DNA of 64,000 bases, from the IMG/VR virus record IMGVR_UViG_3300017761_005636, positions 14,693 to 78,692 of that record; one strand, 5' to 3'. The DNA comes from a virus. Its lineage: Duplodnaviria; Caudoviricetes. The translations under genes were made by a program, and so were the position numbers. Every line of letters begins with the position of its first letter. Positions within the stretch are counted from its first letter, which is position 1. This document shows, in pieces, positions 19,592 to 28,801 of the stretch. Under the pieces are notes generated by a model, which was not told the DNA's origin, ran no database searches, and saw only the letters and a list, made by a program, of their open reading frames with translations.

Positions 19592-21181
19592 TTAATAAAG
19601 TACTTCGTTTGTAAAACTAAATCCTGAGTTTTCACATATTCCTAAAAGAAATCCTGGAAGTTGATTATTACCTAGTCTATCCAAAATAAACTCATCTACT
19701 GAGCAGACAGATGGTAAAGAGATTTCCATATAATTTGTTCCTGCATTGAATGAAATTTCACTTGAATGCCAATGACCATTAACAACTAAATGATATCCTG
19801 ATGTACCAATACCATAAAGATTAACAAGTTCATGTCCTTTCTTCTTAATGATTTCAGCATCACCATGATGTGCAATAATACACAAATCATTCATATCATG
19901 ATTTTGATGTTTTTCAACATATACTTGTTTTCTTGGTATATTAAATTTGATAAAATCATCATTTTTAAATTCTCTTTCAATCATATGATAAGCAATTAAA
20001 GAACCAGTTCTTTCTTGGTCATCATCTCTATCCTTACCAATTCTATCGTGATTACCACCAATGTATGTAACAACAATTGGGAATTCATTTCCTAATTCTT
20101 TTCTTAATACATTTAAGAATTCAATTTGAGAATCAACACCAAAAATAAGTTGGTCAATACCTGTAATATCCATTGATTTAAGGTGTTCTGCTCTCATTCC
20201 ACCTGTCATGATTGATTCATACATATCACCACCAAAAAGAACATAAAGTTTATTAAGATTTTTAAATCTAATATAATCTACTGTCTTTTTAGCAATTTGT
20301 AACATTCTTTCATGTGCAATGTCTTTGTTGTAACCTCTACCAAATACAGGATTACTGTATTTCTTACCATAGTGAATATCAGAATACATTAGATAACAAA
20401 TATCTGTATATTGACCAAAAATTTGAGGTTTTGACAATTCATTTGTTTCTTCTCTTGTATAATATTTTTCAATACTTTCCTCAATAAACTTTTGAATATT
20501 TTTTAAATCATGAATTTTTTCTTGACTTTCAAAATATTTCTTTTCAATAAATGAAGACCTTTTTTCAACAATTTTATTAAGACTTGCTGATGCTTTATTT
20601 TTCAATGCAAATTCAGCAATTTCTTCCTCTGTATGTTCTTCAAGAATATGCAAAGGAAAGAGCATATCTTTTGTGATGTTAAAACATCTGATAACTCTTT
20701 TAAATTGTTGAAATGTTAAATAAGGAAAGTAAGAAGAAACATTCATCATTGTCACATGAGGATAATATTGATGAATAGTTTCAAGTTGTTCTCTTGTTAG
20801 TTTACCAACAAATGGTTTTTCTCCTTGAACATAGATTGTAAAAGAATAATCAATAATTTTGTTATCCTCATCACGATTACCTATCCAAGTACTTCTATTA
20901 TCGTATTTCTCTTCTTTATCTACATCCACTCTATGAACAATGCTAGGTATTGTTTTAATACCTTTTAAAGAGTTATATTTATTTCTTAATTCAACCAATT
21001 CAAAATATCTACTAGATTCTTTTATAGAATTACTTATAAATATTTTTTTAATAAAACCCTCATAAAAACCTAAATCAAGTTCGGCTTTATTGATAGACAC
21101 ATTATTTTGAAAACAGTAATTGAAGATTTTAATTGCATTTTCAATTCTATTCTCAACTGAAATATAATTTTGTGTATTCAT
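19592..21181 (-). CDS. Calcineurin-like metallophosphoesterase with a long unknown N-terminal region
   Basis: SDIHYG, GGDMYE, GNHDR, HHGD and GHWH motifs in the C-terminal half. Confidence 0.8.
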   Translation of the reverse strand: MNTQNYISVENRIENAIKIFNYCFQNNVSINKAELDLGFYEGFIKKIFISNSIKESSRYFELVELRNKYNSLKGIKTIPSIVHRVDVDKEEKYDNRSTWIGNRDEDNKIIDYSFTIYVQGEKPFVGKLTREQLETIHQYYPHVTMMNVSSYFPYLTFQQFKRVIRCFNITKDMLFPLHILEEHTEEEIAEFALKNKASASLNKIVEKRSSFIEKKYFESQEKIHDLKNIQKFIEESIEKYYTREETNELSKPQIFGQYTDICYLMYSDIHYGKKYSNPVFGRGYNKDIAHERMLQIAKKTVDYIRFKNLNKLYVLFGGDMYESIMTGGMRAEHLKSMDITGIDQLIFGVDSQIEFLNVLRKELGNEFPIVVTYIGGNHDRIGKDRDDDQERTGSLIAYHMIEREFKNDDFIKFNIPRKQVYVEKHQNHDMNDLCIIAHHGDAEIIKKKGHELVNLYGIGTSGYHLVVNGHWHSSEISFNAGTNYMEISLPSVCSVDEFILDRLGNNQLPGFLLGICENSGFSFTNEVLY

Positions 21182-21195
21182 ACGACAAATATAAA

Positions 21196-21708
21196 CTATT
21201 TTTTAATCTTTTTGATTTTTTCTCTAATTTTAACAGCTAATTCGTAATTCTCTATTTTAAGAGCATCATCCAACTCCGATTGAAGTTCAATCTCCGTTTT
21301 TTTCCTTCTTTTTGTTTTTATTTTAAAAAGGTCAACAACATAAAGAGTTGTAAAATGTTCATCACCACCATAGTGAACTGTTACAGGAATAAGCAAATCA
21401 ATGTAATCTTTTTTAATATGTTTCTTTTTATCTTCTATTGATATCTGTTCCCAAGTATTGATAAAGTCAATAAATTCAGTATCAACAAGAGTTCCTGTCA
21501 AATACATTACTCTATGTGATTGTTCAAGTATTGGGTCAAGTGTTTCAAAAAACTCTTCTGTATTTTCATACTCTTTACCATACTCTTCAAAAAACTCATC
21601 AACATCTTCTGGTAATATCATTTCACAAGAGAAATATGAAAACATATTAATCGTTGTTAACAAATCAATATATATTTTTGGTTTATCTTTTTTAATATTC
21701 TTTTTCAT
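21196..21708 (-). CDS. Hypothetical protein with C-terminal UVR (UvrB/C) motif
   Basis: ELQSELDDALKIENYELAVKIREKI; start moved to the ATG at 21708. Confidence 0.65.
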   Translation of the reverse strand: MKKNIKKDKPKIYIDLLTTINMFSYFSCEMILPEDVDEFFEEYGKEYENTEEFFETLDPILEQSHRVMYLTGTLVDTEFIDFINTWEQISIEDKKKHIKKDYIDLLIPVTVHYGGDEHFTTLYVVDLFKIKTKRRKKTEIELQSELDDALKIENYELAVKIREKIKKIKK

Positions 21709-22312
21709 AGTATTTTTTAAATGATGATTTTGCAAGTGCAATAGAATCTGTGATATCAAAATTTTCAGTTTTTAACTTACCGTTTTTGTTAAATAACCAA
21801 GAGATGTTTTCATAGTCTTTTGCAATCTTTTCAAAAATATAAGTTTTGGGGTCTACTTTCCTAGATTTAAATTTTAATGTAAACTTGTTTTTCTTTTCAT
21901 CATATTCTGTCATTTCAGGACAGAATATCCTTCTAACTTCATCTACACTCATAAATTTAGGAATAATACCAAGAACATCTCTTAAAATGTAAGAACATAT
22001 TCCATTAAATTTAAGGAGTTTATTTACGGTATATACGTTATTTGATTTCACAAGAGGTTCTTCAACAAATATATCAATAATTTCGTAAATTTTTAATTCT
22101 TCAACAAATTTTTTAAATCCATCACCCTTGGTGATTTCAGGGTCATCTTGACAATCTTTGTTTGTTGTCATTTTAAGTGCCTTTACAGAAGTAAGTTCAA
22201 AATTTTCATTAAAAATTGAAACACCAATGCAACTTGTTGAAATATCAAAAGACACAAATACTCTATCTTTGGGTATCATAATCCCCAAATCTTTAAAATC
22301 AATAATTTCCAT
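21692..22312 (-). CDS. RuvC-like Holliday junction resolvase
   Basis: SFDISTSCIGVS, FVEEP and DITDSIALA acidic catalytic motifs of the RNase H fold. Confidence 0.75.
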   Translation of the reverse strand: MEIIDFKDLGIMIPKDRVFVSFDISTSCIGVSIFNENFELTSVKALKMTTNKDCQDDPEITKGDGFKKFVEELKIYEIIDIFVEEPLVKSNNVYTVNKLLKFNGICSYILRDVLGIIPKFMSVDEVRRIFCPEMTEYDEKKNKFTLKFKSRKVDPKTYIFEKIAKDYENISWLFNKNGKLKTENFDITDSIALAKSSFKKYYEKEY

Positions 22313-22325
22313 AACTTAAAATACG

Positions 22326-23768
22326 TTATAGTTTAAGCTTTACATTAAAAGGAATAATGCTACTTTTTTCTTTTTTAATTGGTTCGCTCATCTTTCCAAT
22401 ACCAATCAATTCACCAAACTTATTATACAAACCAACAGATGTTATAAATGTGGGTCTATTTGTTATATTTTCATCATAGGAATCTGGATATGTAGAATTA
22501 TTCGTATAAAAAAATTCATTTGGCATAGCAATACACATAACACTTTGAACAATTTCAGTTGTTATAGATTTATAATTTGATTCACATAGTGTTGATGATG
22601 TAAAATAAATCTTTGCAAAATTCGTATCACCATTATATGGACTTCCTGATGCAATACCGTTATATCCTGAACTTGTAGCTGCTGAATATCTAAAACCTGA
22701 AACTAATTCAGAATCTGTAATAACTGCTAATCCTTTATCATTATATAATATACCAACAGGTTTATCATAGCTTTTTACAAATTGTGTATTATTGCCAAAA
22801 TTTACATAAAACCCATCATAAATTGCATATCTTTTTCCTGAAGTATCATCATTCGAATTTGTTGTAAATTTATTGCTACTTGTATATTGATTCCAAGATA
22901 AACTACTAGCTGTTACTTTACTTATTTTAATGCTTAAGCTTTTATTAACTCTAGTTCCTACAAAAAAATTTGTATCGTCAAAATACATTTTTAATGGTTT
23001 ATTTGTAACATTTTGTTTTGTTATTACGGTCACAAGATTTTTTGTTATAACTTGAGAATCAACTGTAACCTTAATATCATTAATATCTGGAATTCTTGAA
23101 AGGTTGGTAATTTCAAAAAAAATAATATCACCTGTGCTTGCTGAAATTCCGCTAAAAACATATGCTGTTGTTTCACTAACTGCGGTTTTATTCAATGTAA
23201 AGATTGGTTCTTCAAATATAGTGGTAACATTTCTTGACCCTTTTGGTTTTTGTATTTCGTTGGAATATAAAAGTGTAATATTTGAATTTGGTGAACTTGC
23301 TGCTCCTAAACTTCCAACAAAACTTCTACCTTCACACCTTTCATTATTTAATGATGAAACAAATATTTTTTGTGTACCTATTCCATCAAACCCAAAATAA
23401 GAGCCATAAACTGTAGTTGCTGTTGGAACACCATTTAATGTAACAGGTATTGTTAATTTAAAAGTTTTACCATCAATAAGTTCACCATATTGACCTTTTG
23501 GAATTTCAGCAACAATTATTTCTCTTTTATTTAACCAAGACATAGCACTCTCTTTATGAGTGTCTGAAAATAAATTTATTTCATCATTTGTAATTGGAAG
23601 TCTTAAAGACTTAAATAAATTAGCATAAGGTGTTGTTACTGTGTCTAAATTGGCATAAGTAAATAATATTTGACTATTAAGTTGATTTTCTGTGGTTGTC
23701 TCCGAATTTTGAAACCCTAAACTTTCAGTTGGATTATCGCTTGGTTTCTCTACTTTTTTGTAAAACAT
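22326..23768 (-). CDS. Virion structural protein with tail-collar-like C-terminal motif
   Basis: C-terminal FITSVGLYNKFGELIGIGKMSEPIKK; Ser/Thr-rich. Confidence 0.6.
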   Translation of the reverse strand: MFYKKVEKPSDNPTESLGFQNSETTTENQLNSQILFTYANLDTVTTPYANLFKSLRLPITNDEINLFSDTHKESAMSWLNKREIIVAEIPKGQYGELIDGKTFKLTIPVTLNGVPTATTVYGSYFGFDGIGTQKIFVSSLNNERCEGRSFVGSLGAASSPNSNITLLYSNEIQKPKGSRNVTTIFEEPIFTLNKTAVSETTAYVFSGISASTGDIIFFEITNLSRIPDINDIKVTVDSQVITKNLVTVITKQNVTNKPLKMYFDDTNFFVGTRVNKSLSIKISKVTASSLSWNQYTSSNKFTTNSNDDTSGKRYAIYDGFYVNFGNNTQFVKSYDKPVGILYNDKGLAVITDSELVSGFRYSAATSSGYNGIASGSPYNGDTNFAKIYFTSSTLCESNYKSITTEIVQSVMCIAMPNEFFYTNNSTYPDSYDENITNRPTFITSVGLYNKFGELIGIGKMSEPIKKEKSSIIPFNVKLKL

Positions 23769-23805
23769 ATTTTTAATTTTTTATTTTATTGCGCTTACAG
23801 ACCTC

Positions 23806-24591
23806 CTACTCCTCCCCTACTCCACCACCACCTGTGGATATTGTTGCTGTATATGTAACAGAAGTGTTTGTACCTAAATCAACAAATGAACGAAAAGGTG
23901 TTATTACTATTGTAAAGTTTACTGGTATAGAACCACTTAAAGAGACTACACTTCCCTTTTTAAAGGTAATATTAATAGGTATTGTTGCTGCTGAAGGTTT
24001 AATTAAAAGTTTGGTTGATGAAGTTCCATTTATTGTAAAACTATTTGCACCGCCATCACTATCTTTAATTTCAATATAAAATTGAGTATTTCCTATTTCA
24101 GAACTATTAATAACAATAGTATCTAAAGCAGGAGGTGATATAACAACATTAAATTGTGCAGTATATGTTGTGGAATTAGGGTTTAATGAACCACCATTAA
24201 TTCTTGATACTGATGCACCAATAGTACAAACTCTTGTATTAATATTTCCATCTGTACCGATTCTACCAACTGTTAATCTAGTTGTGGAATCGGTGATAGT
24301 TGAGCCTGAGAGAGAAGACATTAAATTTACATTTGTTCCATTTGCAATACTTTTAATACAGGTATCGGCATCGCCTGTGATATCAGGAACAAATCCGCTT
24401 GGTAGTGTTAGGTATGTTGAGGTTGTACCTGCTGAAATATTTGAAGAAACAAGATAATTCACATCATCATCGTGAAGAGTAAAATATGTAACTTGAAAAT
24501 CTTCTTTGTTACCGTCTAATATGTATTCTCTACCTTTTGGTGTGAGATAAGCATAAAGTGTTTTTGTGTTAGTTTGTGGTATAAATCCCAT
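23806..24591 (-). CDS. Virion structural protein with tail-collar-like N-terminal motif
   Basis: YAYLTPKGREYIL...YFTLHDDDVNY followed by a beta-rich domain. Confidence 0.6.
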   Translation of the reverse strand: MGFIPQTNTKTLYAYLTPKGREYILDGNKEDFQVTYFTLHDDDVNYLVSSNISAGTTSTYLTLPSGFVPDITGDADTCIKSIANGTNVNLMSSLSGSTITDSTTRLTVGRIGTDGNINTRVCTIGASVSRINGGSLNPNSTTYTAQFNVVISPPALDTIVINSSEIGNTQFYIEIKDSDGGANSFTINGTSSTKLLIKPSAATIPINITFKKGSVVSLSGSIPVNFTIVITPFRSFVDLGTNTSVTYTATISTGGGGVGEE

Positions 24592-24592
24592 A

Positions 24593-26644
24593 TTAAAAAT
24601 CCATGTCTAATTCTAATGCAAATAGTTTATTGTTATTCTTTTTAACTGGGTTATTCAACTTCCCTATTGCTACTAAATTATTGTTATCATCATAAATACC
24701 TGCTTCAGTTATATAAACATCATCTTCACTATCGTTAAAAGTTGGGTTATTTGATGTATTATATTGGTTAAAATTAAGTTTATAAACAATTTTAGTTCTA
24801 TAAACAAGTGCTTTTATATCTGAATTAATATTTCCAAGTAAAATACTTTCTTCACCAAAAGCCAGTCCTGTATTTGGTAATGCAGTTGTTGGTAAAGCAC
24901 CAATATAACTTGTAACATCATATGATGCACCTACTGTATATTCTGCATTTGTAAAGATGTAGATTATATCAGCTAGACCTGAATTATTTGGCGGTATTGT
25001 AGTTGCACTCCAAGAACTATAGTTTTGTAATTTTGGTGTGTAATCATATTCAATCCACAATGCAGGGTTAGGTTCTGAACCTATTGGAACCTTTTGTGCA
25101 ATAATTTTAAATGTATTAGCATTGAATCCTGTTCCTGCTGTTAATCCTGCTGAAGATTGCATAAATTGCAATTCATTGGATGGTATATTAAATTCAACAA
25201 CTTGTGGTAAAATTTGTGGATAAAGTTTTGTAATATATCCACAATGAATACCTGTTGAATAGCCATAATTTGTTGTGTCACTATAATTATTATTTGAACC
25301 AAGTAAATATGTTATAGCTAAATAATTATTTTCACTTGATGATGCACCTAATAATGAATTAGTGTTTGATGGTCTTAATCTAAAATTAGCATCAGGTAAT
25401 GTCCAAGACCTATTTGATTTTAGTGAAAGTGTATTTAAAATTTCTTGGTCTTCAATTACTGCTATTTTTAAGTCATTAAATACTTTACCAACAATATTTT
25501 GTGATGATGTTTCAATAAGGTCATAATATTCTGTTGTAAATCCTGTTAAAGTTGTTGGCTGTAGTTTTTTAGCACCTGTTAAAGTAGAACCTGAAGATTT
25601 TAAAGTAATACCCATTGTTGTAGCACTTTTCTTATGATACATAACAGTTGGTAAATCAATTTTAAATGTGTTACCATTAAATCCTTCACCATAATAGTTT
25701 GAGATGGATTTATTAGTAAAGTGAATAACACCTAACATTGTATCACCTGATTTGTTTGTATAACCTTGTATATATTCTTTAAACCCTGAGAAAATAGCAC
25801 TATCATAATATGGTGGTATTAAACCATTTTTTACACCTGCTGGTGCATATTTATAAAGAATATTAAAATTCCATACATTTACATTATCACTTGCTATATT
25901 ACAATTTGAATTAAATGCTAATGTATTATCATTCCAATATGATACTGATGTTCCTGTACTATAATAAGTATCAATTGCATTGTTTGTAGGATAAACATAA
26001 ACAATACTTTTTACTGTTTGACCTTGACCTGAAAAGTTTGGTAATGTTTTATCAACTGTAATATCATTACCATTTACAGCCAATGCTTTATACCAAATAA
26101 ATGGTCTTGGATATAATTCACCGATTGCACCTGTAGTATTTGTAAATGCTGAAACTTTTGGATTTCTCCAATCAACTAAAAGCATATTACCGACTGTTAC
26201 GGCACTTGCTGAGTCTAATCTAAGAATTGTGTTTCCTGTTAATCCACTTGATGCAATAATTCTTTTATCTAAAATATATGCATTAGTTGTAAAAGATGTA
26301 AAACCACTATCTGTTGACCCTGTAAAAAATCCTCTTTGTGAAGCCGTATTTAATACTACTTTAATATCGGGACTGACTTGACCTATACTTGTTTTAGTAT
26401 CAGGTAAAGTATCTAAAATTGGAATTGGGTATTTAATATACGGATTTGCATCTTTTGGACGAATTATAATCAAATCAGTACCATCAATAATCGTATCATT
26501 ACCCCTCAAGAATTCATAATCAATTTCTGAATCACCAAATTCAATTTTTTTAAATGTTAGTGAACCAGATGCTAACAAAAGTCTACCTGTACTTGTTAGT
26601 TTTGTGTTGATTACAGTTAAGTCACTTTTTTGTATAAAACTCAT
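24593..26644 (-). CDS. Virion structural protein (both tail-collar-like motifs)
   Basis: N-terminal INTKLTSTGRLLLA...FGDSEIDY and C-terminal YITEAGIYDDNNNLVAIGKLNNPVKK. Confidence 0.65.
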   Translation of the reverse strand: MSFIQKSDLTVINTKLTSTGRLLLASGSLTFKKIEFGDSEIDYEFLRGNDTIIDGTDLIIIRPKDANPYIKYPIPILDTLPDTKTSIGQVSPDIKVVLNTASQRGFFTGSTDSGFTSFTTNAYILDKRIIASSGLTGNTILRLDSASAVTVGNMLLVDWRNPKVSAFTNTTGAIGELYPRPFIWYKALAVNGNDITVDKTLPNFSGQGQTVKSIVYVYPTNNAIDTYYSTGTSVSYWNDNTLAFNSNCNIASDNVNVWNFNILYKYAPAGVKNGLIPPYYDSAIFSGFKEYIQGYTNKSGDTMLGVIHFTNKSISNYYGEGFNGNTFKIDLPTVMYHKKSATTMGITLKSSGSTLTGAKKLQPTTLTGFTTEYYDLIETSSQNIVGKVFNDLKIAVIEDQEILNTLSLKSNRSWTLPDANFRLRPSNTNSLLGASSSENNYLAITYLLGSNNNYSDTTNYGYSTGIHCGYITKLYPQILPQVVEFNIPSNELQFMQSSAGLTAGTGFNANTFKIIAQKVPIGSEPNPALWIEYDYTPKLQNYSSWSATTIPPNNSGLADIIYIFTNAEYTVGASYDVTSYIGALPTTALPNTGLAFGEESILLGNINSDIKALVYRTKIVYKLNFNQYNTSNNPTFNDSEDDVYITEAGIYDDNNNLVAIGKLNNPVKKNNNKLFALELDMDF

Positions 26645-26649
26645 TAGAA

Positions 26650-26670
26650 AACTATTTATAATAAATAGTT
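26650..26670. promoter_or_regulatory. Perfect palindrome carrying ACTATTTAT on both strands (bidirectional promoter candidate)
   Basis: AACTATTTAT-A-ATAAATAGTT fills most of the 26-nt gap between divergent start codons at 26644 (-) and 26671 (+). Confidence 0.7.
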
Positions 26671-26976
26671 ATGTTCAACTTCTTTTCCAACCCAAAATTT
26701 ATGAAATTTATAAATGATTTGTTTAGAGATAGTAATTCTAAAAAAACATCATTTAGTAGATTACTTGCTTTTCTTTTATTTATTATGGTTTTATGGTTTC
26801 ATGTTGAAGCCATTAGAATAATGATAGAGAAAAAAGAAATTGACCATGCTTTATTGTTGGAAGATTTTGCTTTCATTAGTGCAATCATTATGCAAAAGAA
26901 TTATATTAATAGTAAAAATATAGAAGGTGATTCTACAGCACCACCTATAGAACCACCAACTGAGCAACCAAGTTAA
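26671..26976 (+). CDS. Small membrane protein, holin candidate
   Basis: KKTSFSRLLAFLLFIMVLWF hydrophobic segment, a second weakly hydrophobic segment and a charged, Pro-rich tail. Confidence 0.45.
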   Translation: MFNFFSNPKFMKFINDLFRDSNSKKTSFSRLLAFLLFIMVLWFHVEAIRIMIEKKEIDHALLLEDFAFISAIIMQKNYINSKNIEGDSTAPPIEPPTEQPS

Positions 26977-28376
26977 ACCAATTCTAATTTTTCTTGTTTA
27001 ATCATACTTCTGTAAAAATCTGCTCTAATATGACTTAGAACATCAATATCATATCTTTTACAAGCAAGTTCATATGCTGCTTCACCCATATCTTTAACAT
27101 GATTTGGATTATTGATACAATATTTAATTTTCTTATACCAATCTTTATATTGTCTATCGGGATTTACATATAAAATGTTTTTTCCATCAACCCAATCCTT
27201 ATCATGATTGTAAATTGGAACATCAGAAGCAATGACAGGAACTTTATGGAATGCAGCCTCAATTACTTTAAGATTTGATTTGGCAAATTGATAGCGATTA
27301 TCTGAATTATCATCCATTACACCCTTACCATATACTTTAATTGGTGCAAGTGCAACGTCACCATGTTTATAGTTTGCAGCAAATTTATAAAGACCTTGTG
27401 TTTTATGTCTAAAATAGTTTTGTTCAGATTGTTTTTCATAAACTGCATCTAAATCAAATTTCATTAAGAAATCATAATAATCTTTATCTTTAATTAATTT
27501 ATAATTACCTGTAAAAATCTCTTCATATCTTGTCCAAACAGTATCTTGAGGTTTAATTGGTTGTGTATGTTCGTTTAAAACATTACCATTATATTTTTGT
27601 ACAATTTCTCTTGGAATTTCAGGTGTATTAATAATATCAAAATTATTTGCAATAAGTTTTTTATAAAGTTGTTCATTAAAAATACCCATTGCTTGAATTT
27701 CTTTAATAAAATCTTCATTTACACTATAGTTTGTGGTTGTTCCTCTAAGGTCAAAACCAGAAAGATGAAATTGAAATTTATTTGCAACGGAAATATCATC
27801 AACTAGTTTTTCTATACTGTCTTTCAATAAAGAAACATCTTGTAAGTGAGAAGAACCTGCAAGATAAAGAATTCTCATTTTATCATATGAACACTTATCA
27901 TTAGCAGGAGTCCATTCTTTTAAATTTCTATTAATACCATTTGGAATAACTAAAATATTTTTATTATAAGGTTTAATATAATTTTCATATACAGGTGTTG
28001 TTGTTGAGACAGCATCAATAATTTTAAGATTAGCAACAATCTTTTCTTTTAAACCATCTTTTTTAACTGCATGATAAAGAGGATGTTCTTTTGATACTTC
28101 CCAATAATCATCAATGTCAAGAATTACTTTAATTCCAAACGATTGTAATTTTTGAACCAAAAATGGCATTTGTGCAAAATCACATAAGGTTCTGTGTCCA
28201 TGAATAATATCGTATTGCTTTAAAAAAGCATCATCATTCCAATCGGGGTTTTTGATATAATCAATTTCAAATTCATCATCATATAGTTTTGAAAGAGAAA
28301 TGGCAGGTTGTTCAGAACGGTAAAAGTTTACACCATGAACATCTTGATTTGTAATCAATATTTTTGGTTTACTCAT
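26973..28376 (-). CDS. GT-B (GT4-like) glycosyltransferase with internal insertion
   Basis: GVNFYRSEQP, ILDIDDYW and KSNLKVIEAAFHKVPVIASDVPIY donor-binding region. Confidence 0.8.
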   Translation of the reverse strand: MSKPKILITNQDVHGVNFYRSEQPAISLSKLYDDEFEIDYIKNPDWNDDAFLKQYDIIHGHRTLCDFAQMPFLVQKLQSFGIKVILDIDDYWEVSKEHPLYHAVKKDGLKEKIVANLKIIDAVSTTTPVYENYIKPYNKNILVIPNGINRNLKEWTPANDKCSYDKMRILYLAGSSHLQDVSLLKDSIEKLVDDISVANKFQFHLSGFDLRGTTTNYSVNEDFIKEIQAMGIFNEQLYKKLIANNFDIINTPEIPREIVQKYNGNVLNEHTQPIKPQDTVWTRYEEIFTGNYKLIKDKDYYDFLMKFDLDAVYEKQSEQNYFRHKTQGLYKFAANYKHGDVALAPIKVYGKGVMDDNSDNRYQFAKSNLKVIEAAFHKVPVIASDVPIYNHDKDWVDGKNILYVNPDRQYKDWYKKIKYCINNPNHVKDMGEAAYELACKRYDIDVLSHIRADFYRSMIKQEKLELV

Positions 28377-28408
28377 AAATAAATTTTGATGTATAATACG
28401 TCAAAATA

Positions 28409-28801
28409 TTATCCATTAAATATAAATGAAATATTATCCTCAAGAGTATTGAATAAATTACTGTAAAGAAAAGAAATATTAATTTGTAGTTTATTTGTTT
28501 GTTCGGATTGGTCTATATTGATGTCTTGTATCTTTACATTATTAAAATATTTTTCAATATCTGTTTTTAACGATAATTTTATATCTGAAGCTACTATTGC
28601 ATCATTTTTTTCAAATAAAAATTCATATAATCTAGTACCAAAATCAGGGTCATACCATCTTTCACCCTTTTTTGTTGATATAAAAAAATATAATGAAGAA
28701 CGAATATCATCAACTGTGGTTGTATTCATTTTAAATAACTTACCATCAACAGTATCGTCTTTAAATGGAAAATTTATTGATATTGTTCTATTATTAGCCA
28801 T
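28409..28801 (-). CDS. Baseplate wedge subunit (T4 gp25 / GPW-like)
   Basis: INFPF...IRSSL...TKKGERWYDPDFGTRLYEFLFE. Confidence 0.92.
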   Translation of the reverse strand: MANNRTISINFPFKDDTVDGKLFKMNTTTVDDIRSSLYFFISTKKGERWYDPDFGTRLYEFLFEKNDAIVASDIKLSLKTDIEKYFNNVKIQDINIDQSEQTNKLQINISFLYSNLFNTLEDNISFIFNG

